From the NCBI GenBank assembly GCA_023213195.1, contig CP096135.1, forward strand, positions 558,548 to 622,547: DNA of 64,000 nucleotides, given 5' to 3'. Positions 40,116 to 53,000 of the stretch are shown here, one piece after another. The position numbers were made by a program, and so were the translations under genes. This DNA is from Sphingobacteriales bacterium JAD_PAG50586_3 (GTDB lineage: Bacteria; Bacteroidota; Bacteroidia; CAMBQF01). The notes beneath the pieces were generated by a model, which made no database searches, was not told where the DNA came from, and saw only the letters and a list, made by a program, of their open reading frames with translations. The stretch's first letter is position 1. Each line of letters starts with the position of its first letter.

Positions 40116-40658
40116 TTATCGTTCTTTAATTTCGCTTGCGCCGGTTTGTTTCAAAAGGTAAACAACCTCGTCGTATTTGGCGTCCCAGTTATCGCTCATG
40201 TTAATTTCCATAATGAATTTATCATCAGTAGAACGTGGGTCGGGGTTACGAGGGTTAAAACCTGGCAATAAGCGGTTTAACAATAGGTATGTAATAGACA
40301 TACCGTGGGCGGCGCAAAATACTGTACTCTCAAACAACACCGGCACAAAGGCAGGGAAGTTGGCAGCAAATGTCCAGTTGGGTTTACCGCCTACGTTAAT
40401 GGGCCAATCGCTAATAAGCATGTACCAAATCATTAAAACAGCCAGTGAAAAACCGGTGGCACCAAACACAAACGCTGCAACAGATACGTTGGTACGCTTG
40501 TGGCCTATTACAGGGTCTATACCATGGATAGGGAACGGTGAGTAAACGTTGGCTACAGAAATGCGGTTGGCGCGGAACACCTTGGCGCTTTGCAGCAAGT
40601 CATCGTCATCGTCAAAAATGCCGTAAATAATTGATGGATTATATTTTACTTCGCTCAT
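40116..40658 (-). CDS. actD: ACIII membrane subunit ActD (DUF3341-like)
   Basis: Small 2-TM protein between actC and actE. Confidence 0.65.
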   Translation of the reverse strand: MSEVKYNPSIIYGIFDDDDDLLQSAKVFRANRISVANVYSPFPIHGIDPVIGHKRTNVSVAAFVFGATGFSLAVLMIWYMLISDWPINVGGKPNWTFAANFPAFVPVLFESTVFCAAHGMSITYLLLNRLLPGFNPRNPDPRSTDDKFIMEINMSDNWDAKYDEVVYLLKQTGASEIKER

Positions 40659-40678
40659 CGCTATTAAATCTCTTAGTA

Positions 40679-42139
40679 TTAATGATGCTCTTCGCCGTGT
40701 ATTGCAGCACCGCTTTTTCCTTTGCGGCTTTCCAATATAAGGTCTTCTATTTTATATTCAGGCTGTGGGCTTGTACGTTTGTATTTGCCGGTAGCCTTTA
40801 ATATCGTTTTCAACTCGTTTAATGCAATTACAGGGAATGTGCGGGCAAACAACAGGAACATTACAAAGAATAAACCTATAGAGCCTACAAAAATACCAAT
40901 ATCAACAAACGATGGGTGGAACATCATCCAGCTTGATGGAAGGTAGTCGCGGTGAAGTGATGTAACAATAATTACAAAACGCTCAAACCACATACCTATG
41001 TTTACAAATATAGAGATGATGAAAGTGGCTACTAAGCTCTTACGGATTTTAGGGAACCAGAATAGCTGAGGGGTAACAACGTTACAGGTCATCATGCTCC
41101 AGTAAGCCCACCAGTAAGGACCAGTAGCACGGTTAAGGAAAGCGTATTGCTCATACTCTACACCAGAGTACCAAGACATAAATAACTCTGTTAAGTAAGC
41201 TACACCTACAATAGAACCGGTAAGGATGATGATTTTATTCATCGCCTCTACGTGGGCTACGGTAATGTATGCTTCTAAACCTAATACTTTACGTACAATC
41301 AACATAAGGGTTAATACCATTGCAAAACCCGAGAAGATAGCACCTGCCACAAAGTATGGCGGGAAGATGGTGGTATGCCAACCCGGAATTACCGATGTTG
41401 CAAAGTCCATAGATACAATGGTGTGTACAGAAAGTACCAGTGGGGTAGATAAACCTGCAAGTACTAAAGATACCTCCTCAAAACGGGCCCAGGCTTTAGC
41501 GTTACCTGTCCAGCCGAAGCTTAGTAGGGTGTAAGCTTTTTTAGCTGCCGGGGTAATGGCACGGTCGCGAACGGTAGCAAAGTCAGGAATAAGACCAATG
41601 TACCAAAACACTAACGATACCGAGAAATAGGTAGAGATTGCAAATACGTCCCAAAGAAGTGGCGAGTTAAAGTTAGCCCACAACGAACCAAATTGGTTAG
41701 GAAGGGGTAACACCCAGTAGCCAACCCATACACGGCCCATGTGGAATACCGGGTAAATGGCGGCGCAAATTACCGCGAAGATGGTCATAGCCTCTGCAGC
41801 GCGGTTAATAGACATACGCCAGCGCTGGCGGAATAATAAAAGAATTGCCGAGATAAGTGTACCGGCGTGGCCGATACCAATCCACCAAACGAAGTTGGTA
41901 ATATCCCATGCCCATTCTACCGATTTGTTCAAACCCCAAACACCTAAACCGGTGCCTACGGTATATGCAATAAGGCCTATACCCCAAAGCATTGTAATGA
42001 AAGAAAGGCCGAATACTACGTACCAAAGCTTATTGGCGCGTGTTTCTATAGGGCGGCAAATATCTACGGTAATGTCGTGGTACGACTTCTCTCCTAAAAT
42101 TAGAGGCTCGCGTAGATTATTTGAAGGTGCGTGTGCCAT
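40679..42139 (-). CDS. actC: ACIII quinol-oxidising NrfD/PsrC-like subunit ActC
   Basis: 486-aa, 10-TM NrfD-family protein directly after actB. Confidence 0.8.
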   Translation of the reverse strand: MAHAPSNNLREPLILGEKSYHDITVDICRPIETRANKLWYVVFGLSFITMLWGIGLIAYTVGTGLGVWGLNKSVEWAWDITNFVWWIGIGHAGTLISAILLLFRQRWRMSINRAAEAMTIFAVICAAIYPVFHMGRVWVGYWVLPLPNQFGSLWANFNSPLLWDVFAISTYFSVSLVFWYIGLIPDFATVRDRAITPAAKKAYTLLSFGWTGNAKAWARFEEVSLVLAGLSTPLVLSVHTIVSMDFATSVIPGWHTTIFPPYFVAGAIFSGFAMVLTLMLIVRKVLGLEAYITVAHVEAMNKIIILTGSIVGVAYLTELFMSWYSGVEYEQYAFLNRATGPYWWAYWSMMTCNVVTPQLFWFPKIRKSLVATFIISIFVNIGMWFERFVIIVTSLHRDYLPSSWMMFHPSFVDIGIFVGSIGLFFVMFLLFARTFPVIALNELKTILKATGKYKRTSPQPEYKIEDLILESRKGKSGAAIHGEEHH

Positions 42140-42169
42140 ATATCTTTTGCTGTCTAAATCCTTTTAATA

Positions 42170-45100
42170 TTATAGTTCGCTTGCGCTTACGTTACGTACT
42201 TTGGTCATGTAGAATACTGATGGTTGAATACCAACTTCTTCTAATAGGTGGTACATGCGTGGCTCTTTTGAGTGCTTGGTAACGGTATGTGTATCGTCGT
42301 TCAAGTCGCCAAAAGTAATAGCATTGGTTGGGCAAACCTGCTGGCAGGCTGTTTTAATTTCACCGTCAATTGGGCGGCGGCCTTCTTTCTTAGCGTTAAG
42401 CTTGCCTTCTTGTATGCGTTGTACACACATAGAGCATTTCTCCATAACACCGCGGCCACGTACAATTACGTCTGGGTTTAATACCATTTTGCCCAGTGTA
42501 TCGTTCATGTGGAAATCAAACGCTGAGTTATCGGCATATTTAAACCAGTTAAAGCGACGTACTTTGTATGGGCAGTTGTTACCACAGTATTTAGTACCAA
42601 TACAACGGTTATAGGTCATTTGGTTTAACCCCTCGTTGCTATGGGTAGTTGCCAATACAGGGCATACAGTTTCGCAAGGTGCGTGGTTACAATGCTGGCA
42701 CATAACCGGCTGGAAAACTACGCGTGGGCTGTCTGATGGTACCTCCATATCAAGGAACTTGTCAATAGCGCCAACACCTTCTTCTTCCGCTTTTTTCTCG
42801 GTCATATCGCTGGTGTAGTAACGGTCAATACGCAACCAGTGCATATCGCGTCCGCGACGTACCTCATCTTTACCAACTACAGCTACGTTGTTCTCGCTAT
42901 GGCAACCAATTACGCAGGCACCACAACCCAAACAGGTGTTTAAGTCGATAGACATACCCCACTTATGGTTTAAGCGTGGGTGGTCTTCCCAAAGGTTTAC
43001 GTTGTTAGGCGTGTCTTTAGTGCCGTTAGAAAGAGATAAAAGAACAGGCTCGTTACCTGCCTTAGCGTCTTTCTTATAAGCGTCAAGTGTAGTTTCTTTA
43101 ACAATTGCGCGGCCCATCATAGTATGGAAGGTCTGCGTGCCTGCTAAATTATACGTTTCAGATGTTTTGTTAACCTTAACATCTACTGCGCTGTATTCAA
43201 AAAAGCCGTTGTCTTTGTTTATTGTAACTGCAGGGAAAGCGTTAGCGCCAATACCGTTAGCAGTTTTACCTGCTTTAGTGCGGCCGTAACCTAATGCAAT
43301 GCCAATAGTGCCTTTAGCCTGGCCCGGAGAGGCGTATACAGGCAGTTTAAGGGTAACACCATTTACAACAACCTCGGCAACGTTAGATAGTTGCTCTTGG
43401 CCGTTTAAAATGTTAAACTTAAAGTCATCAGAGTTCATGTCTGCAATAGACATGGTAATATAGTTATCCCACGTAACGCGAGAAATAGGGTCTGGTAACT
43501 CTTGCAACCAAGGGTTGTTGGCTAACCTGCCATCGCCCAAACCTGTTTTTTCGTAAATAACCAATTCAAAAGCACCACCCTTAACCTTGTTTAGGTTAGC
43601 GGCCGCTGTTGAAATGGTTGCAGGATCGGCAGAAATGGCTGCTGCTACAGGGGCTGCAACGGCTACAGGCGCTTGTGGGCGGCCATGTGGTGTAGCGTGC
43701 GCATCGCCTTCTTTATGCTCAGGTGCAGTAGCCGGTTCTTCAGCCGCTTCTACAACCGGTGCAGCACCTGCGGTTACGGCAGGGTAAACACCATCGTGCA
43801 AGGCTTTATTCCAAAACTCTGTAAATGAGCCAAAGCCACTACCGGGGAAGGTAGCAGTTTCCCATGTTTTCTTAATATAATCTGAATATGGGGTAGCGTT
43901 GCCTGACCATACAAGGATAGACTCTTGTGCCTGTAGCGGGTATTGTATATTGGGGCAATAGTTGGTTGCGCAAGGCTGAACTGGCCAGTACGTGGGTTAA
44001 AATCGTTCCACGACTCTAAGAAATGGCTGTCAGGACATACGTACTCACATTCTGCCGCTGTCTCGTCAATGTTTGGTGCAAAAGAAACGCGTAAGCCTAC
44101 TTTTTAAGGCCTGCCGAGAAATCTTTAGCGTTTGGTAAGGTATAAACAGGGTTTACACCTAATACTAAAACTGCTTCAACCGCACCTGCATTCATTTGGG
44201 TAACAAGATTGGTTACCGCTTTTTCGCTGCCTTGTTTGGTTTTGTCTGCAACATCAAGGTTAATGGTGTTGCCGTAGTTGCCAAGCATATCATTTATGCC
44301 GTTAACAATAACCTGTACATCAGGGTTGTTAGAACCGGCAACAACTAATGATTTACCGGCCGAAGCCAATAATTCTTTAGCTGCTTTGGCAATATTAATA
44401 TCGGCTTTATCAAGCTTGCGTGTTGGCAAGGTTGCTTTGCCTTTAGACTTAGCAATTTCGTTGTATAGGTTAATAGCCACAATACCTATCTCCGATGGTT
44501 TAACCATGGTGCGTATATCGGCGTTAGAGCCGGTTAACGACATGCCGCTTTCAAACTGGAAGTGGCGAGATAGTTTAATGTTTTTGTGGTCGGCACCGGT
44601 TTCAATCTTTTTGCCTTTTGCATACTGTATAGCATGCTCTTGCGGTGATAACCAGCTGCATAAAAAGTCGGCACCAATACCTACTATAGTTTCGGCTTTA
44701 TCAAAGCTGTAGGTAGGTATTACCGCTTTGCCAAAGCTTAAACCGTTGGCAGTAGCAATACCGGCATACGATACGCTGTCGTATTGTACAACCTCAACAT
44801 TGCCATATTTAGCGGTAAACTCGTCAATTGCACGTGTAGTAGACGGGCTTATAATGGTTGAAGAAAGGATTGCGATTTTACCTTTGCGGCCTGCAATAGC
44901 AGCCAGTTTATCGCCAATTTCTTTATCGGCTGATGCCCAGCTGATAGGGGCACCGTTTTTAACAGCCCCTTTAAGGCGTTCAGCATCGTATAGGTTAAGA
45001 ACAGATGCTTGTACACGAGAGTTGATACCACCAAGTGTAACGGCCGATAAATCGTTACCAATTACCTTAATAGGGCGGCCTTCGCGTGTTTTAACCAATA

Positions 45101-45419
45101 CACTGCAATAATCATAACCATCAAAGTAAGTAGATGCATAGTAGTTAGCTATACCTACGGTTACTTCTTCGGGCTTAAATAAATAAGGTATCGTTTTTGT
45201 TACAGGCGCTTCGCAAGCTGCAAGTGTTGCAGCAGTAACACCAAAACCTAAAAACTTAAGAAAGTCGCGGCGTGGGGTTTTACCTTCAGCAAGAGATGAA
45301 TCGCCCAAAAACTCATCCATAGGAAGTTGCTCGGCAAATTCATTTTCTTTCAGCTTGGCAAACTCGGGAGTATTCTCAAGTTCTTCTATTCCGCGCCAGT
45401 ATTTTAATTCTTTACTCAT
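42170..45419 (-). CDS. actB: ACIII molybdopterin-like / 4Fe-4S subunit ActB, interrupted by at least 2 shifts in 43802..44096
   Basis: N-terminal Tat signal RRDFLKFLGFGVTAATLAAC plus a MopB-like domain (45419..44097). The C-terminal ferredoxin part has multiple CxxCxxCxxxCP clusters (43801..42170). The gap translates in shifted frames (...FAPNIDETAAECEYVCPDSHFLESWNDF.. and ..WETATFPGSGFGSFTEFWNKALHDG). Confidence 0.75.
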
Positions 45420-45469
45420 TTTGCAGTCTTTCGTGGTTTAACCTTGAAATTCTTAAATTACTATATCTA

Positions 45470-46710
45470 TTAATAGTGGCATTTACCACATTCTAAGCCG
45501 CCAATTTGCTCTACTGTAAATTTCTCGCCGGGGTGTATGGCGTTAAATTTAGTTTTCAAATCAGTATAATATACATTGCTGTCGGCTTTAACTTCAGTTT
45601 CGCGGTGGCAGTTAATGCACCAGCCCATTGTTAATGAAGAGTTTTGTTGTAACACATCCATCGTTTCTACTGCACCGTGGCATGTTTTACATTCTACACC
45701 GCCAACCTTAACGTGTTGAGAGTGGTTAAAGTAAGCCAAATCTGGCAGGTTGTGTACACGCACCCATTTAATAGGTTTAGGGTTAGGGCCGTAAGTTCCT
45801 GTAGCTGTGTTATAATCTAGCGCAGCGTAAATTTTAGCAATTTCTGTTTTGCCGCTAACCGGGCCTTCTTGTATGTACTTGTGGCAGTTCATACACACGT
45901 TAGCCGATGGAATGTTGGCGTGGCGGCTTTTTCTACACCGGTATGGCAGTATTGGCAATTGATTTTGTTATCGCCGGCGTGAATTTTGTGCGAGAATTTA
46001 ATTGGTTGCTCAGGTGCGTAACCCTCGTTAACACCTATACCTGATAAAGCATTCCAACCTACAACAAATAACATTAAGAATACAAGGAAGCCTAAAAGCA
46101 TTACCGGTTTCTTGTGGCTATAAATCCAGTCTTTGGTCTCGTCCCAGAAGGTAGCATCAGGGTTGGTTACTTTGCCTTGCTTAGCTTTAGCTGAGTTTGC
46201 AAGGTTGCGGCGTACCGGGGCTAATATTACAATTAGTATAACAAAGAAAATACCTAAGCCTATCCAAATAAATGTCCAGTTGGTTTCTTTAGCCGGGCCA
46301 GTTTCACCAGTTGGGCCTGTTGGACCTGCTTTAACCGGAGGAACATACGATGCTACGTAATCAAAAATAGCTTTAACCTCATCTGCGTTAACAGTTTGGT
46401 TAGGCATTACAGACTGGTTGTACTCAGCATATAGCTTATTAGCGTATGCATCGCCCGACTTGATAACGGCCTGCGAGTTTTGTACCCACTTGGTTAGTTT
46501 AACCATGTCGTTACCCCAACGCTCGGGGGCACCTTTTAGGCCTGGACCGATTAATTTTTCATCGGTAGCCCTGTGGCACGACGCGCAATTAGCTTTAAAA
46601 AGCTTCTCACCATCGGGTTGGGCATAGCCATTAAAACCAAACGATATTAATGCAAAAACTAAGATTAGTTTCTTAAAATGCTTGTTACTAAACGTTTTCA
46701 GACGAACCAT
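45470..46710 (-). CDS. actA: ACIII multihaem cytochrome c subunit ActA, 1 shift near 45900-45960
   Basis: CASCH, CQYCH, CMNCH, CKTCH and CINCH haem motifs across the two fragments. The probable start is MVRLKTF at 46710. Confidence 0.7.
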
Positions 46711-46884
46711 AAGCAGTTGTGAACAAAGTGTTTTTGAGGTCAAAAACCGGCGGCAAATTTAGCAGAAACTATCTTCAAACCGAAGCTATAATTGAAAATA
46801 TTCTAATTTAAAACAATTCTAAATAAGATTAGGCCTGCTTAGTGATGCATTTGCTTTTTTAATTTGAAAGGTTAACTTTAAACC

Positions 46885-47373
46885 GTGAAATGCTCTGCAT
46901 GCATACCAATAAGGCCATTCCGTCAGGTTTTAACATTCCTGTTGGTAACCTTTATTGCTCTTTTTTGGCAAAATATGCCGGTAAATGCAGGCACACAAAG
47001 TTGCAAATTTATTTCTCCGCCCGATAGTTTAGACACCATTACGGTAGGTTCGGTCACAATCATCCAAAGTAAAGAGCTAAGCCAATTGGTAAAAAACCAG
47101 GTTGCCCATAATAAAGCCTTAAAAGATGTTAGTGGGTTCCGTATCCAGATTTTCTCAGAAAACGGGCCTAATGCTAAAGCTGATGCAGCAACCGCCCGGC
47201 AAAATTTTAATAATAAGTTTACCGGCATTGAGGCATACATGACCTACAAACAACCCTATTTTAAAATTTGTGTGGGCGATTTTAAAACCCAGCTAGATGC
47301 ACGCACTGCCTTGTTAGGTATTTTAAAAACCTACCCAAATGCAATTATAGTAAGGGAAAGAGTGGAGCCTTAG
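46885..47373 (+). CDS. SPOR-domain protein
   Basis: C-terminal SPOR fold signature (FRIQIFS...A...YFKICVGDFKT...A). Confidence 0.6.
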   Translation: MKCSACIPIRPFRQVLTFLLVTFIALFWQNMPVNAGTQSCKFISPPDSLDTITVGSVTIIQSKELSQLVKNQVAHNKALKDVSGFRIQIFSENGPNAKADAATARQNFNNKFTGIEAYMTYKQPYFKICVGDFKTQLDARTALLGILKTYPNAIIVRERVEP

Positions 47374-48807
47374 CTGCCAAAAGCACGGAACAGCAAGAAT
47401 AGCGCCCCCGATAAAACTACGGTTACAGGCAAGGTAAGTATCCAGGCAATAAAAATATTTTTAAGTGTACCCCCTGTAAGTTTTTAATACCTCCTGCCGA
47501 TGCCATAGCGCCTGTTACACCACCTGTTAACACCTGTGTGGTGCTTACCGGCAGGCCGGCGTATGTTGATAAGGCTATGGTAGACATGGCTACCGCCTGT
47601 GCCGATGCTCCCTGGGCATAGTTAAGGTTGGTGTTGCCAATCTTCTCTCCAATGGTAATTACAATACGTTTCCAGCCCACCATAGTGCCAAGGCCAAGGG
47701 CCAGCGATATCATTATAATAACCCAGGTAGGGGCATAGTTGGTAAACGATTTTAGGCCTATCACCTGATCGTTAGGGATGAAGAAGCTGCCCTCTTCGCC
47801 ATTAATGGCCAGGGTAAGTTCTTTTTTATCCTTATCAGATATTTTTACGTGGCCTGCCTTTATCACCTTATCAATATTGCTTGCAATAAGCAACACATCG
47901 CTACGCACCTCAAAGGCTTTATCTTTAGGTATTTCGGCAGTATTGGTAGTTATAAGTAATTTCAGGTCGGCAATTTCAGCAGTAGCTTTGTCTATTTTCT
48001 TGCGGTCTTCAGCGTTAAGGTCTTGTTTGCTAATGTCGGCCACAATGGTTTCTATTTTGGCTAAAGGCGCTAAAACAGCTTGTGGTTCAACACCCCTGTC
48101 TATAGCAAAGTACATAGGCACAATGCCTATAAGCACCAACATAACAAGGCCTACGCCTTTTTGCCCGTCGTTAGAGCCGTGGGTCCAGCTAACACCTATA
48201 GAGGTGCCAACTAAAATGGTACGAATCCACATAGGGGGTTTTTACCCGGCTGCGGCTCTTTAAATATGGTTTTGTTTTTTACGGTATACTTTAAAATCAG
48301 CATAAGTATTACTGATAGAAAGAAACCAATAGCGGGAGATAGCAGCAGCGACATGCCAATATCTTTAGCCTTGCCCCAGTTAATGCCTGCGCCAAATTCG
48401 CCGTTTAAGTAGCTGTATGATAGACCTACACCAATAATAGAACCAATAAGGGTGTGAGAGCTTGAACAGGGTATGCCAAAATACCAGGTGCCTAAATTCC
48501 AGCCGATGGCGGTAATAAGCAGGGCCAGCACCAAACTGGCGCTGTGCCAGGTGTTGGCATCGGTTATAGCCTCTACTGGCAACAGGCTTACAATGGCCAT
48601 GGCCACGCTTAAGCCGCCTACTAAAACCCCTACAGAATTAAATATGGCTGAAACAACCACCGCTGTTGATGGCTTTAACGAGTTTGTGTAAATTACAGTA
48701 GCAACAGCGTTTGCTGTGTCGTGGAAACCATTAATAAACTCAAATGCGAAGGCGCACAAAAGACAGAACAGTAGTAAGAATGTGAGCCACGCGTCTAATC
48801 CGAACAT
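47370..48807 (-). CDS. PiT-family inorganic phosphate transporter, 2 shifts (near 48211-48232 and near 47470)
   Basis: N-terminus FEFINGFHDTANAVATVIYT and the second repeat GSNDGQKGVG. The true C-terminus ...IFIAWILTLPVTVVLSGALFLLFRAFGS* is recovered in a shifted frame, ending at the TAA (47370-47372) that overlaps the SPOR gene stop. Confidence 0.7.
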
Positions 48808-49046
48808 AAAACTAATTTCGGCAGCAAAATTAGTTAAACCCTTTAGGCAGTAAGGCTTAAAACAATTACTTAAAGCTAAGTTAACATTGGCTTAACATTA
48901 ATTAGGCATCTCTATTGGGTTAAGTAGGTAACTATTGTGTTATACCATGCCTTGTAGCGTTATTTTATATATAAGCTACTTACTGCCAGTAATTTGAGCC
49001 GGTAAATCTTCTGAAACCTTATGTGCTGTAGCCGCCCGCCGTGCAG

Positions 49047-49768
49047 CTATTCTGTAGTTGAGTTTGCCTCATCGGCGCGTTTAAGTATATCCCAGCCCAG
49101 GCCTACAATTTTTTGGTCGGCCATGTCAAATGTTAAGTTGTATACCTCTGATGGTATGCTTTGGCGGCAAACCACGGCCCTTATAGCCATAACCTGCCTA
49201 TTGGTAATTTTGGTGCGGGTTTCTTCAAAACCAACTATTTTAATATCACTATAGTTGCCATATTTTACCTGCAAATCATCATCAGTTAAATATACTTGCA
49301 GCATATCTGCCGGCGATATAACATCGGGCTTTAAATAGGAAAGCACTGCAGCTGTATCGCCACTTGTTATACCTGCTATAAAACTTTTGCTCTTAGTGTA
49401 ATAAGGGGTAACAGCGTTTAGTGTTTTAAGGCTGTAATGCTTGGTATAATTATACCCTTTCAAATCCAGCTTAACAATAATGTTGTGGTAGGCTGTTGCT
49501 TTGTCAAACCCAAGGCTTTGCACAAAGTTATAGGCTGTTTTAGATGAAAGATAAATAGGGTCCATCTCCGGCGACTCCATTTTGGGGTCTTTAAAGTACA
49601 GCACCAAAGTGGGGTGTTCTTCTTTTTCTCAAAAATGGTAGTATCGGCTACGGTAAACTCAGCAGCACCCAGTTCTTTAGCAATACCTTCGGCAGCCTCT
49701 TTTTCGTCGGCCAGTGTGCAGGCACTAAATAGCATTACTATAGCAAAAAACAGAAGGCGCTGTTTCAT
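49047..49768 (-). CDS. Hypothetical lipoprotein, 1 shift near 49615-49625
   Basis: Lipobox LFSACTLADEK. The fragments 49768..49460 and 49607..49047 join at a T-run. Confidence 0.5.
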
Positions 49769-49772
49769 TGTA

Positions 49773-50015
49773 TTATGATATGCTGTTACGTACCCTTTGC
49801 GCGTAATTACGAATAGCTACCATGGCTTCGGTACCGTTGGTATTCATTTCGTTTTTTACCCAAACAGCGGCTAACACGTGGGTTAGCTTTTCGCCTTCAT
49901 CGTGGCCCTCTATTTCTATAGCAGGTGTTTGCTCTTCTAACATAGCAGCTTCGGCCGCTTGTAGTTCTTCCAATGTGTACTGCTCTACAATCTTTTTAAT
50001 AACAGGAATCTTCAT
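49773..50015 (-). CDS. Small hypothetical protein
   Basis: 80-aa acidic ORF directly upstream of the lipoprotein. Confidence 0.4.
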   Translation of the reverse strand: MKIPVIKKIVEQYTLEELQAAEAAMLEEQTPAIEIEGHDEGEKLTHVLAAVWVKNEMNTNGTEAMVAIRNYAQRVRNSIS

Positions 50016-50078
50016 ACCCTTTTCTCTTTACGGTTTAATAGAAATTATGCCGCAAAGGTTACAATAGTTTTATGATTT

Positions 50079-53000
50079 TTAATGGGTGATTATTAATTTT
50101 TGATGCCATACTTTGTTATTTGCCGTAATACGTACCAAATACACCCCACTTGCAAATGGGGCCGTGCTAAGGCTTGTATTGCCTGTTAGCTGTTGGCTTA
50201 ACAACACTTGCCCGGTAACATCAATCAGCGCTAATTGTATTGGAGTATTCTTATTTACTTCGATGTTTACTAAGCCATTAGCCGGATTGGGGTATACCTT
50301 AACAGGGTTTACAATAGTTTCTTCAATGCCTACACAATCAATTACCCTAAAGGTGTCTATACCCGTGCAGCCATTATTATCGGTAACCCGCAGCCAATAG
50401 GTACCAACGGCTGTAACGTTTATAGATTGCGACGCATTACCATTTTGCCAAAAGTATTGCTGGTAGCCACCCGGCGCGTTTAGTGTAAATGGCAATACGT
50501 TTTTACAGGCAACGGTATCGCCATTCAGTGTAAGTTCAAAGTTTAGGGCAGCGCGCACTACAAGTGTGTCAGAGCCTGAGCCGCAACTATCGTTAACACT
50601 TACCCAGTAAGTACCCGGTGTGCTAACTAGCAGGCTACTGTTAGAACTACCATCTTGCCATAAGTAGCTGTTAAAGCCTTGCGGTGCGTTTAGCGTAAAA
50701 GGCAACTCATCGGCACAAATAATAGTATCGCCGTTATATGCCAGGTTAATTGGGTCTGTTGTGCCACCGTTGTTTACAGCAATACTGTCGGTAGCAGAGC
50801 AGCCCGATTGGTTGTAAACAGTAAGCCAATAATTGCCCGGAGCCATGGCTACATTCACATAAAAATCTGAGCCATTATCCCATAGGTAATTTGCATAGCC
50901 TTGTGGCCCGAATATCAAGGCAGGGAAGGTAGCTCCGCAAGGTGTTTCATCGCCATTTACAGTCAATTGAAAATCGGGTGGGTTGTTGCCTACCCTGAAT
51001 GTATCGGTGCCTGCACAGCCATTACTATTTGTAACAGTTAGCCAGTATTTACCCGGCGAGTTAACCTGTAGGTTGGTGGTTTGGTTGCCGTTTTGCCACA
51101 GGTAGTTGGTATAGCCTTGCGGCGCGGTAAGTGTTATTGGCAATTGCGGGTTGCAAAGCAGCGTATCGCCGTTATAAGTTAAGTCAAAGTCTATAGCTGA
51201 GGTTTGAAGGGTAATACTATCAACCTCTACATTACAGCCGCTGCGGGCTGTTACCCAATAGGTGCCGGCGGTAAAGGCGGTAAACGTTTGTTCGGGGAAC
51301 CCATTTTGCCATTCATACTCATCAAAGCCCGGTGTGGCGGTTAAAACAACAACCCCATCGGTACACAAAAAGCCGGTAGATGCTATATCAAGCACCGGTA
51401 CAGGAGGATAATTTGTTAGGGTTATGGTATCGCGAGAGACACATCCGTTGCTATCGGTAACACGCACCCAATAGGTATTAGGGGCAGTAACGGTAAGGGT
51501 ATCGTTAGTGCTGTTGTTGCTCCATAGGTAGCTTGTAAAAGGCTGCTGGGCAAATAATTCGGTAGAATTACAAAAAGCCCTGTTTGGCCCAAGCGATACC
51601 TGCTGGGGCACTACGGTGGTAATTTGCAAAGTATCGTAAGTAATGCCGCAAGGGCCGGTTAATACTACACTTAGCATGCCGCTGCCTGCTGTACTTGTTG
51701 TAATAGATACGGTGTTATTGTTATTGTTAACCATTGTGCCGGGGCCGGTATAAGTCCACGCGGCAACATCGGTACTGGTAGCATAGGGTATGGTGTAGGT
51801 GTGCGGCATACCATCTTTACATAATAATGCAGGGCCTGCAATATCAGGGTTGTGGGGCTGTTCTAAGCCGCTAACAATATTCTGCAAGCCAATAGAGCCC
51901 AATGTTGGGGGAAAGTTAAGGGCACCTGTGGTGTAGTTACATGCAGCGCCGGCAAGGTTGGGGCTGTTAATAGCATCTAACGCGCCGCTACTGCCTGCAT
52001 AAATATATATTTTACCATTTATAGCGGCAGATAACTGGCCAAAAACAGATGCAGTGCCGTAAGTGTCTACCCGCAGTTTAGACGCGGCTATGGCGGCATT
52101 GCTGCCTGCTGCCAGGTTGTATTGCCATACCTGGTTTATATTCCAGTGGCTTACATATAGTTTAGAATTATCGGGAGAAAACTCCAGGCTATAGGGCTGA
52201 GGTAAAAAGCCCGATGGTTCTGCAACCATAATCATTTCAAACCCATTGGTAATTTGGCCGGTAGCCTTGTTAAAGTCGGCAATAACAATAGCCCGCGCAA
52301 AGCCACCTACCACACAAGCCGCAACTTTATTGCCATCGGGCGAGAATTTCATAGCGCCCAGCATGTGGTTATTTGCAGTACCCACATACGATACAACAGG
52401 AACGGTATCAAACCCCGCAGGGGTAATAAGGTAAGTTAGGTAGCGTGTAGTGTTTTGGTCGGCTACAGATACCCAAATATCGTTACCATTGGCATGGAAG
52501 GTGCCGGTTAGTTTTTCGCCTACACCATTGCGAATAAGTATGTTCTTCTTATCAGCAATAATAGCTCCCTGCCCGTTGTTAAGGGTCATGTCTACTATAT
52601 TATACCTAAAGCCGTTGGCGCCGTCGTTGTTCTCGGTAGCATCAGTAGTAAAAACATAATACTTATTTGCATCGCCGGGGTAGGGGGTAATAAGTACACC
52701 CTGTGTGGTAGAGTAGTGGCCTGTTAAGCCTGTTCCGTTGCCAATAATGTTAAAACCGCTGTTCCACACCGTCATCCCATCAGAAAATATTTGCAGGTTG
52801 CCATCAACATCAGATATTGTTGAGGTACACTCTTGCATAGAACTGTTCATAGGGCTGCCGCCCTGACCTATGCTGGGTGGGTTAAAATTGATGCGCTTGT
52901 GTTGTATTACCCAGTTGGCATTTATTTTATCTAAAGAGCAATCGCCAATTTCAAAGAATACCGTGCTGGAAGTATCGGCGCAACCGCTGTTGCCAGCTAT

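Noticed and set aside
36760-45111. Antisense ORFs inside cox/act genes (36760..37068, 41226..41534, 41757..42167, 44278..44712, 44728..45111 and others)
   Set aside because: They are embedded opposite strongly supported respiratory genes, lack signals of their own and are typical GC-skewed shadow ORFs.
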